From Leptospiraceae bacterium (GTDB taxonomy: Bacteria > Spirochaetota > Leptospiria > Leptospirales > Leptonemataceae): a DNA stretch of 64,000 nucleotides. The first letter of the stretch is position 1; each line of letters opens with the position of its first letter. Of the stretch, positions 20,701 through 28,289 are shown in pieces. The notes beneath the pieces were generated by a model, which saw only the letters and a program-made list of their open reading frames with translations, was not told the DNA's origin and did not search any database. The DNA is taken from contig JAVJNR010000003.1 of assembly GCA_040217195.1 (NCBI GenBank), positions 640,001 through 704,000 on the forward strand, read 5' to 3'. Made by a program: the position numbers and the translations under genes.

Positions 20701-21754
20701 CGCTTTTCTTGATCGTAAGCGTGGGAATCAACCGCCATCCATGAGCTTTGGCCTGGCAAGAAGTCATCCGGTAGTAACTCCGGCAGGTCTCATATTTCCT
20801 TTTACTGGCATGGTGGATCCTGGCCAGGAGTGCTATCATTATGGGACCTTCTGGGGCGGCTATGATCAAAACCCGACTCATAAATGGCAGTTGGCTGAGG
20901 TGAAATACAGGGACCCGGACCACCAGTCCTGCGGTGTAGGGCAGCAACCTGCATCTATCTCCATAGTGAACTCCTCAACACCCACACCTTCTTCTCTAGA
21001 AATTCCTTTTAATCTGCACACTGGTTTAAATTTCTCAGAACTGAATGCTGCGCAGCAGCTGACGTTGATGGAAACACTGGTAGGCGATCAGAAGACAAAG
21101 GTATGTCCCGGAGTATTGGAGCAAGCTGACAACTCCGGAATCGGCATTCCCATTACCGCGAAAGATGTCGGAGATTACTCGATTACAGTTCAAGCGACTG
21201 ACTCCCGTGGCTCTTGCGAGGGCTCGGATCAAACGGCGCGAGCCACCCTGACCCTGAAAGCCCGAGAGCGCATTGCGAATACAGAGAGCTTCCATATTCG
21301 CAGCAATGAATATCCTGAACCACGCTCTGACATGGAGCATTTTTCTCTGGAATACAATCCACGGACCCGACGAGCACAGGATTACACCCATTTTCAATGC
21401 CGGGTGCACTCGGTGGCCTGCATTCGCATCGGACATCTATTTCTGTGCGGAGACAATACGCATTTGAGTGCCCCACATGTAGCCAAGAGCTCAGAGGCAA
21501 AATGCGGTCCTCCACTTTTCTTTCTGAAGCGCTGGACCTCAAGAACGGGCGTGTCCGCTCCTTTACAGCAATACAAACCGCTCTACAAGTATCACGATAA
21601 GGCAAATCATTACTGGAATGAATCATGGGACACTCCGGCTTTCGATCCATTTCCTACTGAGGATAAGCGAGGGTTTCTGTTTATTCAGACGGAGCAATTC
21701 GTTCTGCTGGAGCGTCTCTACTATGGTAAATGGATGGGCTTTCAGGAACCTTGA
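17708..21754 (+). CDS. Large (1348 aa) multidomain surface lipoprotein
   Basis: Signal/lipobox LSWSC; acidic; ZU5/GPS-like RTNHFTPF; FN3-like segment; Ca-binding DDDGDG and DTDSDG repeats; Cys-rich C-terminus. Confidence 0.75.
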   Translation: MRSKFARILLFTGLFACLSWSCIAVLTSENSKSEEDRKWALLGLVSSPEQNALISTPPTVAMEGYDPALFQVEQRSEPEEIAVPIYGEHYVSIGHIFDIDIDTSQMPGAPEEYETVVLPPGQMAELTYEYDEAMLEEKGLIEEFQVFSYDAASGQWIPAMELEVDRENNRVIARTNHFTPFVITALPQPADGGVYEPPQCIVDALQDPAGGLTGPKWSRLDVGFKYYIDRGYTIRHNDEFYDLKLNESLGISTCNGGTHASSSSYCGTEAQHKHSAAIDYLDFSIPFDAKVYVMYDSRGTERAGWLDDLGFTIIEDTYVETTDDVRYYEVYEKDYSAGSQVTLPGNHYDLGSPNQINTNYFVAVLPQGDWATQAGIDCSGQPLRPAKPEGISLIPGSDRISIVLDQQIEREVTGLIVRRRLQEPAMSPERGEALGLDIQDPGYMIDTGLTEGMVYYYSFFAVTDDGLYSAPLILSAQTGPDDDGDGLANYYENNPSIVYYGGNGTEPSQDDTDSDGIDDLTEVLEGTDPTHSDHTAPVIIGFNDNRTINTIPMARFHIEVEDESEITGYYISEGTTPLPNNSNEWITEKPNTWPIESLGEVTLNLWVRDEAGNVSEMASLELEFPYFSYTEKLIIFSAEYPAASLIPLDWANFNTRIPSGIGPSPDYTEYAFGQGGLLAINGTSIRFLSEDGQNEIFTANSPLPDNAVVDSLDYDADDDFWILSYHLESEPTSVDCDTIWNSQCFVSLRINPSEGSYQVVDTIIAGAPASPSSFRREGQESNYDSNQNRLSIQITRVSYYNGGFVSVPLLIMVDFSNDQFNLQHLVLDQRFFWPHPLPTDPAFVPNFAFAPDDPLVVMTGTPATRGENGLHVMRRNTGTFDYFESQIGNVWQPLGTYLPEYTYESVGFLSEDRLLAVRVGAVDLLAFDTTTGAISFIKQMDADASITEGSTLEISESGDVAIILTAEHSRLLMINKEREEIWRRKLIGHNPAAGTRGIAFLDRKRGNQPPSMSFGLARSHPVVTPAGLIFPFTGMVDPGQECYHYGTFWGGYDQNPTHKWQLAEVKYRDPDHQSCGVGQQPASISIVNSSTPTPSSLEIPFNLHTGLNFSELNAAQQLTLMETLVGDQKTKVCPGVLEQADNSGIGIPITAKDVGDYSITVQATDSRGSCEGSDQTARATLTLKARERIANTESFHIRSNEYPEPRSDMEHFSLEYNPRTRRAQDYTHFQCRVHSVACIRIGHLFLCGDNTHLSAPHVAKSSEAKCGPPLFFLKRWTSRTGVSAPLQQYKPLYKYHDKANHYWNESWDTPAFDPFPTEDKRGFLFIQTEQFVLLERLYYGKWMGFQEP

Positions 21755-21777
21755 TGCCTGGAGAAGCCAAAGGCAGC

Positions 21778-21807
21778 CACTGCGAAGCGATACGGAGCTT
21801 CGCAGTG
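21778..21807 (+). terminator. Hairpin after large lipoprotein gene
   Basis: cactgcgaagc-gatacgga-gcttcgcagtg perfect 11-bp stem; no clear U-tract. Confidence 0.5.
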
Positions 21808-21845
21808 CAGAACCCTGGACAGGTCAATTCAATAAATTAGAAGCC

Positions 21846-21873
21846 TTGACAATTTCGCTCTCTAAAAAACACT
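21846..21873 (+). promoter_or_regulatory. Candidate sigma70 promoter for the riboswitch leader
   Basis: Perfect TTGACA at 21846; weak -10 (aacact) 16 bp downstream. Confidence 0.45.
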
Positions 21874-21884
21874 GACATTGTCTT

Positions 21885-22030
21885 TCTTCTGGGAGGAAAG
21901 GGGTGCAAATCCCCTGCTGACGCGCAACTGTGATGGTCCAACGTATACCGGACCTTAGCCAGATCTTCCCTGCAGCCAAGCCGGCGCGAAATACGGCTAC
22001 TGCATCTCAAAACGCTATCGCGTCTGAGGG
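21885..22030 (+). ncRNA. Cobalamin riboswitch (compact, class II / AdoCbl-variant-like)
   Basis: gggagga/tcttccc closing stem, aggggtgcaaatcccct T-loop hairpin, gctgacgcgcaactgtg, B12-box-like agccagatc; upstream of B12-related genes. Confidence 0.82.
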
Positions 22031-22113
22031 GCCCCGGAGGAAAGTACCGGGGCATTCACTGATCAGGCGCCGATCCTTGAATCTCCCGGAATAAACTTTT
22101 ACGGGAGAAAACG

Positions 22114-22683
22114 ATGAAACGTTTTTCAACACCGGTGGCCCTGATATTGGCTGCCTTTTTAACAACAAATTGTGGGGCCCTGGGCCTGGATGAGGATAAT
22201 TCGGCCGCCGAACAGGAGCAACGCATTCTGGGCCTTACAACAGGGCTTGTTTTTTCCGAAGCGCAAGATCTGGCGCTGAACGGATCATGGAATTCATTTT
22301 CCGGCAATGCTACCACATCCGATACCATTACCACGATTATGGGCCGTAAAAACTCTGGACTCTGGTTAGACGACTCTAGCGGTTTTGGTGGTTATACGTC
22401 GCGCTACTTGATAGCCGCGTACGATAATAGTGCAGGCTATGTGATTACCCAGAATCCACCGAACAATGGAGCCTACTCCGGCGACGCAACGAAAGGAAAG
22501 TATTTCAAAATTGTTTTTTTTGCCGAAGGCAGTATCTACTGGCATTGCACTCTGAATGGGAGCGATGCCAAAGATACTCTTGCCGAGGCCCAGGCCATTT
22601 CCGATACCGCCGACCGATCGGACCCTGCTTCGAGCGGCTGTGGTGGATTCTCCTGGTCACGATTGGAACGTGTAGATAGCTGA
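22114..22683 (+). CDS. Uncharacterised lipoprotein, first gene of the B12-riboswitch operon
   Basis: Lipobox LTTNC; C-terminal DP..SGCGGFSWSRL; resembles Leptospira LIC13354-type proteins (from memory, unverified). Confidence 0.7.
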   Translation: MKRFSTPVALILAAFLTTNCGALGLDEDNSAAEQEQRILGLTTGLVFSEAQDLALNGSWNSFSGNATTSDTITTIMGRKNSGLWLDDSSGFGGYTSRYLIAAYDNSAGYVITQNPPNNGAYSGDATKGKYFKIVFFAEGSIYWHCTLNGSDAKDTLAEAQAISDTADRSDPASSGCGGFSWSRLERVDS

Positions 22684-22696
22684 GCAAAAGTTCACC

Positions 22697-23590
22697 ATGG
22701 GACCCCTTACGGAAAAAATAATTCCAGGCAAGCTACACCTTGCGCTACTGACCCTCCTGGCTTGCTCGGCCTGCTCACCGTCAACCGGCGGGGATGAATC
22801 CCTGCTTCTGGCCGCTGCCCTGCCCTCAGGCGGGTCCGGCGACCAGGCCTGCCTGGAGCAGTGGCCATTTTCTGTCGGCGCGTATCTTGCGGATGCATCG
22901 GTGAACGCCGCGGTGGGACCAGAGACGTTCGATGATCCTACACGAGCTACTAACAAGATATGCGGCGGTGGCTGGACCGCCGGCTCCACAGATGTGTATT
23001 CCACCGGTACTTCCAGTGAATGCGAATCCGGCGAAAAATGCATTGTTCTGGAATGGACAGACAAGAAAGTATTAAATGCAACCGGCATAGACTTTGTAGT
23101 GTACGAAAATCCATTTCTACACGGAACGAATCCCAACAGTCGATTCCTGGAACCAGTCATTGTTGAGGTTTCCATAGACGGCAGCAACTGGTGCGGATGG
23201 AATCCTAACTATAGCGGAAGCAGTGGCGCTACAGACTTGCGTAACCCAGGGAACTATTCAGACCTGGCCGCCATTACTCCGGTTACTTTCAAGCAAAGTG
23301 ATTCCAATACTCTAACTGCAGATGATCTGTTCACAGAGACCACCGATAGCTATGGAACCCATCTAAAGGGGGGCGGCGATGGATTTGACCTGGATGCCTC
23401 CAGCTTCGGAAACACAGGCAGTGGCTGCAATTCCACGATCAGGGATAATATCCGAAGTTCAGGATTTGTCTATTTGAGACTAACTACGGCCTATACACGG
23501 GATAGCAGCTCATTTCCTCTGGCTAATGACTCCTTCGATCAAGAGGCTGACATAGATGGGGCGGTTGCACGGAGCGTAGCGGATCGATAG
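22697..23590 (+). CDS. Cys-rich lipoprotein, candidate cobalamin-binding surface protein
   Basis: Lipobox LACSAC; V.N..G.DFVVYENPF..EP..VEVS.DG..W and GGDGFDL motifs; resembles LIC13355-type proteins (from memory, unverified). Confidence 0.7.
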   Translation: MGPLTEKIIPGKLHLALLTLLACSACSPSTGGDESLLLAAALPSGGSGDQACLEQWPFSVGAYLADASVNAAVGPETFDDPTRATNKICGGGWTAGSTDVYSTGTSSECESGEKCIVLEWTDKKVLNATGIDFVVYENPFLHGTNPNSRFLEPVIVEVSIDGSNWCGWNPNYSGSSGATDLRNPGNYSDLAAITPVTFKQSDSNTLTADDLFTETTDSYGTHLKGGGDGFDLDASSFGNTGSGCNSTIRDNIRSSGFVYLRLTTAYTRDSSSFPLANDSFDQEADIDGAVARSVADR

Positions 23591-23661
23591 GCCCGGCTAT
23601 AGATGATAAGGAATCGGTTGAAAGTAAAATGCTAAAAGAAACCATGGAACCCAGAGTGATT

Positions 23662-24120
23662 ATGATGAAACAATTTGCGCTAATTACAATTCTAACGGTT
23701 GCCAGCATGGTGGCCTGTTCTGACAAACCGGCCCAGCCCGAGGCGGGTGCCGGCTCAGAAGTTCAACTTAGAGTGGAACTTCCGGCAGCAGAGGCTGCAC
23801 CCATCGATGCAAAATTAGAATTCCAGGGCACCGTCCTGGACCTGATGCAAAAAGCCAGCGATGATAAAGTGCTAACCTTTAAAAAAGAAGGAGAAGGTGA
23901 GCAGGCTCTGATCACTACGATTCAGGGAATAGGCCCGTCCGGCGAAGGTGATGACTCAAAGTACTGGATTTATGCAGTAAATGGAAAGATGGCCAACGTT
24001 GGAGTTGGAACGATGAAAGTAAGTGGCGGAGATGAAGTGCGCTGGTGTTATCTTACATACGAGAATCGAAAGAGCTGCGCTGATAATGCAGCAACTGAGG
24101 AAACGGGCGCCCCTGAATAA
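23662..24120 (+). CDS. DUF4430 (transcobalamin-like C-terminal domain) lipoprotein
   Basis: TVLDL..ITTIQGI..YWIYAVNGK.ANVG......V..GDEVRW.Y; lipobox SMVAC. Confidence 0.8.
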   Translation: MMKQFALITILTVASMVACSDKPAQPEAGAGSEVQLRVELPAAEAAPIDAKLEFQGTVLDLMQKASDDKVLTFKKEGEGEQALITTIQGIGPSGEGDDSKYWIYAVNGKMANVGVGTMKVSGGDEVRWCYLTYENRKSCADNAATEETGAPE

Positions 24121-24189
24121 GGACGGGCCGTTTCAAAAATGTCCCAGAGGACGCGGGCTTAAAGCCCAGAAATAATTGAGGAGAAAAAC

Positions 24190-24747
24190 ATGAAATCTAC
24201 AAACAAAAAAGAAATCGTATTAAATGCGCTGCTCATCGCAGGCATGATCGGATTTGCAGTTGCGGCAAGAGTTGCCCCTCATCCTGCAAACTTCGCTCCC
24301 ATCGCCGCACTTGGTATGATGGGTGGTTACATTTTCGCAAACAGAAAATGGGGCCTTTCTATTGTCATGGTAGCCATGCTTCTGAGTGATCTGGTCATCG
24401 GGATTGAAAGCATGGAACTTAGACTGGCCGTATACGGCGGACTTATGATATCTGTATTCGCAGGTGGACTGCTACGAAATAAAGATAACAAGAAATTCTT
24501 CGCCGGTCTCCCGGTAGCCAGCCTAGGATCGTCCATTGCATTCTTTGTGATTTCAAACCTTGCTGTATTCGCATTCAGCGGAATGTATACTCACAGCTTT
24601 TCCGGTCTGGCTCTTTGCTACATTAATGCCATTCCATTCTTCTGGAATACCCTTGCAGGTGACCTGATCTATTCCGGCCTGCTTCTAGGACTGGTTCGCA
24701 TGGTTCAGATCTATGCGGACAAAGAATCTATGATTCCTCAGGCATAA
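24190..24747 (+). CDS. DUF6580 / ECF S-component-like membrane transporter, putative cobalamin uptake
   Basis: About 5-6 TMs; RVAPHPANFAPI, LLSDL, FF..SN..VF, MY..S..GL..CY..AIPFFWNTL.GDL. Confidence 0.75.
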   Translation: MKSTNKKEIVLNALLIAGMIGFAVAARVAPHPANFAPIAALGMMGGYIFANRKWGLSIVMVAMLLSDLVIGIESMELRLAVYGGLMISVFAGGLLRNKDNKKFFAGLPVASLGSSIAFFVISNLAVFAFSGMYTHSFSGLALCYINAIPFFWNTLAGDLIYSGLLLGLVRMVQIYADKESMIPQA

Positions 24748-24772
24748 AACCATCAGAGTTAAGGGTTTAGAT

Positions 24773-24822
24773 AGACGCAGACTCCTCCGGGCAAGGGCCC
24801 GGAGAGCTGCATTCGTCTTTTT
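24773..24822 (+). terminator. Hairpin with U-tract between the S-component gene and cobT
   Basis: ctccgggc-aagg-gcccggag core with extended pairing, followed by tttt. Confidence 0.55.
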
Positions 24823-24848
24823 GGCCAGCTGTAGAAGCAATACTAAGT

Positions 24849-25928
24849 ATGAGTCCGTCCGGTAATTCCCCTGGTACATTAGATGATCCCGGCATATCGT
24901 CCGGAGAAATCCTTTCGGATGAAGAACTGTGTTCTAATATCCAGAAAAAGATAGACGCAAAAACCAAACCACCAGGATCCCTGGGAAAGTTAGAAAGCCT
25001 TGCCCTTCGTATAGCTCTTAGACAGAAAACCGCAGAACCTACCTTCAAGCGACCTACGATTCTGGTTTTCGCCGCGGATCACGGTGCTACAGCCCATGGA
25101 ATCAGTGCCTTTCCCCAGGAAGTAACCAGACAGATGGTTCTCAACTTCTTACGTGGTGGAGCCGCTATCAACGTCTTCGCACGTCAGAGCGGAATGGAGC
25201 TTCGAATTATTGACTCCGGTATTGCAGGTCCACCTATTGAGCACAACGGCCTAATTAGACTGCCCGCCGGCGAAGGAACCGCCGATTATGTGATTCAGGA
25301 TGCAATAACCTCAGAACAGCTGGAATTCTGCAAAAACAGTGCTGCAACTGTCATAGAGGGGCTGGAACGTTCCGGATGCAACCTGGTAGGCTTTGGAGAG
25401 ATGGGCATCGGAAATACTTCCAGCGCCAGCCTCATCCTGCATTTTCTGGGAAACGTTAGTCTGGAAGAATGTGTAGGTGCAGGCACTGGTCTCGACCTGA
25501 ACGAACAGAATCATAAGCTAAACGTTCTACAAAAAGCCAGAGACAGAAAGCCATCAATTACTGAACCCGAAGAAGTTCTTCGTTCCTTCGGTGGTTTTGA
25601 AATAGCGCAAATGTATGCAGCGATGAAGATCGGCCATGAAAAAGGAATGTTACTTCTGATTGATGGATTTATTTCCAGTGCTGCATTCCTGGTTGCTTAC
25701 TGCGAAAATCCGGAAGTTTTATCGTCTGCAGTCTTTTGTCATCGATCGAAGGAAAAAGGACATCAAAAGCTTCTAGAAATATTCCAGGCAGAACCTGTGC
25801 TGGACCTGGAAATGCGACTGGGCGAAGGTACCGGATGCGCCCTGGCATTCCCGATTCTACGCAGTTCCATTGCATTTCTTAATGAAATGGCAAGCTTTGA
25901 AAGTGCCGGAGTAACGGGCTCCGGCTAA
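24849..25928 (+). CDS. cobT: Nicotinate-nucleotide--dimethylbenzimidazole phosphoribosyltransferase
   Basis: KTKPPGSLGKLE, FAADHG, GEMGIGNTS, MRLGEGTG. Confidence 0.96.
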   Translation: MSPSGNSPGTLDDPGISSGEILSDEELCSNIQKKIDAKTKPPGSLGKLESLALRIALRQKTAEPTFKRPTILVFAADHGATAHGISAFPQEVTRQMVLNFLRGGAAINVFARQSGMELRIIDSGIAGPPIEHNGLIRLPAGEGTADYVIQDAITSEQLEFCKNSAATVIEGLERSGCNLVGFGEMGIGNTSSASLILHFLGNVSLEECVGAGTGLDLNEQNHKLNVLQKARDRKPSITEPEEVLRSFGGFEIAQMYAAMKIGHEKGMLLLIDGFISSAAFLVAYCENPEVLSSAVFCHRSKEKGHQKLLEIFQAEPVLDLEMRLGEGTGCALAFPILRSSIAFLNEMASFESAGVTGSG

Positions 25929-26030
25929 ATCCTGGGCTTTCGCAGAATCGCCATACCCGCCAGGCGAATTGAGACAGCTCCTTCCTCGGTGTTGCCTGAA
26001 CTCCTGGGATCTATTCACACCGAACGAACG

Positions 26031-26810
26031 ATGCAAACTCTTCAGAAACACTGGAACCTATTCTGGATGGCCTGGATCTTTTATACGAGAATCCCGGTTC
26101 CATTTACTATAGCCCACAGTGACCAATCTCTGCAGCACTCCAGATGCTACTTCCCCCTGGTTGGACTTCTAATAGGTTTAGTTTCTGCCGGCTCCTTCTT
26201 ACTGGCAGCATTTGTATGGAACACGATGATCGCCATTCTGATCTCTATGTTTCTCTCCATCTGGATCACGGGAGCATTTCATGAAGATGGTCTTGCAGAC
26301 TCCATGGATGCACTGGGAGGTGGATGGACGAAAGATCGTATTCTAGAAATAATGAAAGATAGCCGCATTGGGACTTTCGGCACGGTGGCTTTGATTCTAA
26401 TACTTTCCTTCAAGTTTGCAGCCAGCTGGACTATTGCCCAAAAAAGTGCTCATAGCTTTGCAATCACCCTCATATTTGCACATACTGCCAGTCGATACCT
26501 GACCTCTTCGCTTGTGGATTTTATGCAATACTCAGGTGCAGGCCCTGGCAGCAAATCCAAACCCATGGCCAGCACGCCCCTGCCCGCTCTCTATCGCCTG
26601 CCTGGCTTACTGGCACTCATAATATCCACAATACCGTTTTATGATACTCCTCTCCTTCTGCTGGGCTTCTTTCCCGCTTTATTTGTCTGTATTTACTGGT
26701 CCAGCTTCATAAAAAAATGGATTGAAGGGTACACCGGAGATACCCTGGGCGCTCTGCAGCAACTAACTGAAGTCATCATCTATCTCACAGCTGCCATGTC
26801 CTGGATCTAA
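26031..26810 (+). CDS. cobS: Adenosylcobinamide-GDP ribazoletransferase (cobalamin synthase)
   Basis: FYTRIP, TGAFHEDGLAD..D, IMKDSRIGTFG, GYTGD.LGA. Confidence 0.95.
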   Translation: MQTLQKHWNLFWMAWIFYTRIPVPFTIAHSDQSLQHSRCYFPLVGLLIGLVSAGSFLLAAFVWNTMIAILISMFLSIWITGAFHEDGLADSMDALGGGWTKDRILEIMKDSRIGTFGTVALILILSFKFAASWTIAQKSAHSFAITLIFAHTASRYLTSSLVDFMQYSGAGPGSKSKPMASTPLPALYRLPGLLALIISTIPFYDTPLLLLGFFPALFVCIYWSSFIKKWIEGYTGDTLGALQQLTEVIIYLTAAMSWI

Positions 26811-26863
26811 ACCTGCTATATTTCACTCCTGCATGCTCAAGCTACCTACAGGATTCGTAGACT

Positions 26864-27547
26864 ATGGAACTTCATATTATTCGACATACACAAACATCGG
26901 CGTCACCGGGAACCTGTTATGGTCATACGGACCCGGAACTTCCAGAAAATCATCTTCAGGATTTTTACAGAGTCTTTGCAGAGCTAAATGTCCGATGCCC
27001 GGATCCTGGAAGTATCTATTCCAGTCCTTCCATTCGCTGCCAGTCGCTGGCCCAGTTTTTGCTCGATGAATATCAAAAATCTAGAGCAGCCATTGTAACT
27101 GAAGCATCTACTGGAAACAATGAATCAGACATATATGGAATTACCGGTTCGGACCATTCCATCCGGGCACTGCATTCCCCTGCAAAGTTAGAGCTAAGGT
27201 CCAGCTTGATGGAGTTGAATTTTGGAGAATGGGAAGGACAGAACTATAATAAAATTCCGCAGCAAGAATTGAAGGCCTGGATGGATGATTTCGTGCATCG
27301 GGCACCGCCCGGTGGCGAGAGCTATTTCCAGCTGCATGAACGAACCAGAACTTTTTTTGAGCAATTCAAGCAAGAAACCCTGGAAAGAAGCAAAGTAGAT
27401 CAAAAGCCTTCCATCATTGTTACACATGGAGGCGTTATTCGATGCTTTTTAGAGATACTGCTGGAGACTTCTCTAGAAAAGGCCTTCTATTTGCAAGTGC
27501 CCTATGGCTCTATATTCTCCTTTCGCCTTCCGGACCGGGAGCAATAG
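26864..27547 (+). CDS. cobC: Alpha-ribazole-phosphate phosphatase (histidine phosphatase)
   Basis: IRHT, CYG.TD, SSPS.RC, ELNFG.WEG, PPGGES, VTHGGVIR; follows cobS. Confidence 0.85.
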   Translation: MELHIIRHTQTSASPGTCYGHTDPELPENHLQDFYRVFAELNVRCPDPGSIYSSPSIRCQSLAQFLLDEYQKSRAAIVTEASTGNNESDIYGITGSDHSIRALHSPAKLELRSSLMELNFGEWEGQNYNKIPQQELKAWMDDFVHRAPPGGESYFQLHERTRTFFEQFKQETLERSKVDQKPSIIVTHGGVIRCFLEILLETSLEKAFYLQVPYGSIFSFRLPDREQ

Positions 27548-27637
27548 ACCGCTATTGTATTTTCCCTGGCGACCTGGAAAACACTTTCCTGTATGATCCT
27601 GGTATGGAAAATGTTTTCATAAAATAGACCCAGTGTT

Positions 27638-28240
27638 ATGACCTCCAGAGTGTATCAGAGAACCAGAGGGTTCAATCCATCGCCTCCAGCCCTACCGCCG
27701 AGAAAACGACGGCCCTACTTGAAATATATTCTCTTAGCTGCCGCATTGTTTCTGCTCTATTTGCTGGGCGACTATATGTGGAGAGAAATGCGCTGGAGAT
27801 TTATAGTTGTCCATCATACAGCCGGTGACTCCGGAAATATGGAATACTATCGCGCTCTTCATAAAAAGAAGCATGGATGGCCAGACATTGCTTACCATTT
27901 CTTGATCAATAATGGCAGTATGAACACTTCCATTGGCCAGATAGAAGTTAGTGGCCTCTGGGAAAAACGAACTCTAAATTACAGCACTCGTATCTCATAT
28001 GTGAATTATCTGGGCATTGCTGTGGCCCTGGTAGGAAATTTCGAAAACCACGATGTGCATCCTCTGCAATATGAAGCATTGATTCAACTACTCACCAATC
28101 TATCCATGCGATACAGCATACCTCCGGAACGAATCATTGGACACGGCGAACTGCAGAACACTCAATGTCCCGGGAAGCATCTGGATATGTCGAAAGTGCG
28201 CAAAGATGTGGCCGAAGCTATCAGACGAAATCAGCAATAG
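27638..28240 (+). CDS. N-acetylmuramoyl-L-alanine amidase (Amidase_2/PGRP-like), membrane-anchored
   Basis: IVVHHTA, GW.DIAYHFLI, LVGNF, IIGH.E...T.CPG. Confidence 0.85.
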   Translation: MTSRVYQRTRGFNPSPPALPPRKRRPYLKYILLAAALFLLYLLGDYMWREMRWRFIVVHHTAGDSGNMEYYRALHKKKHGWPDIAYHFLINNGSMNTSIGQIEVSGLWEKRTLNYSTRISYVNYLGIAVALVGNFENHDVHPLQYEALIQLLTNLSMRYSIPPERIIGHGELQNTQCPGKHLDMSKVRKDVAEAIRRNQQ

Positions 28241-28289
28241 TAGAGACCCAGACCTTTTACTTTAGCGCAAGTTTCCGCGCAGATTCATT

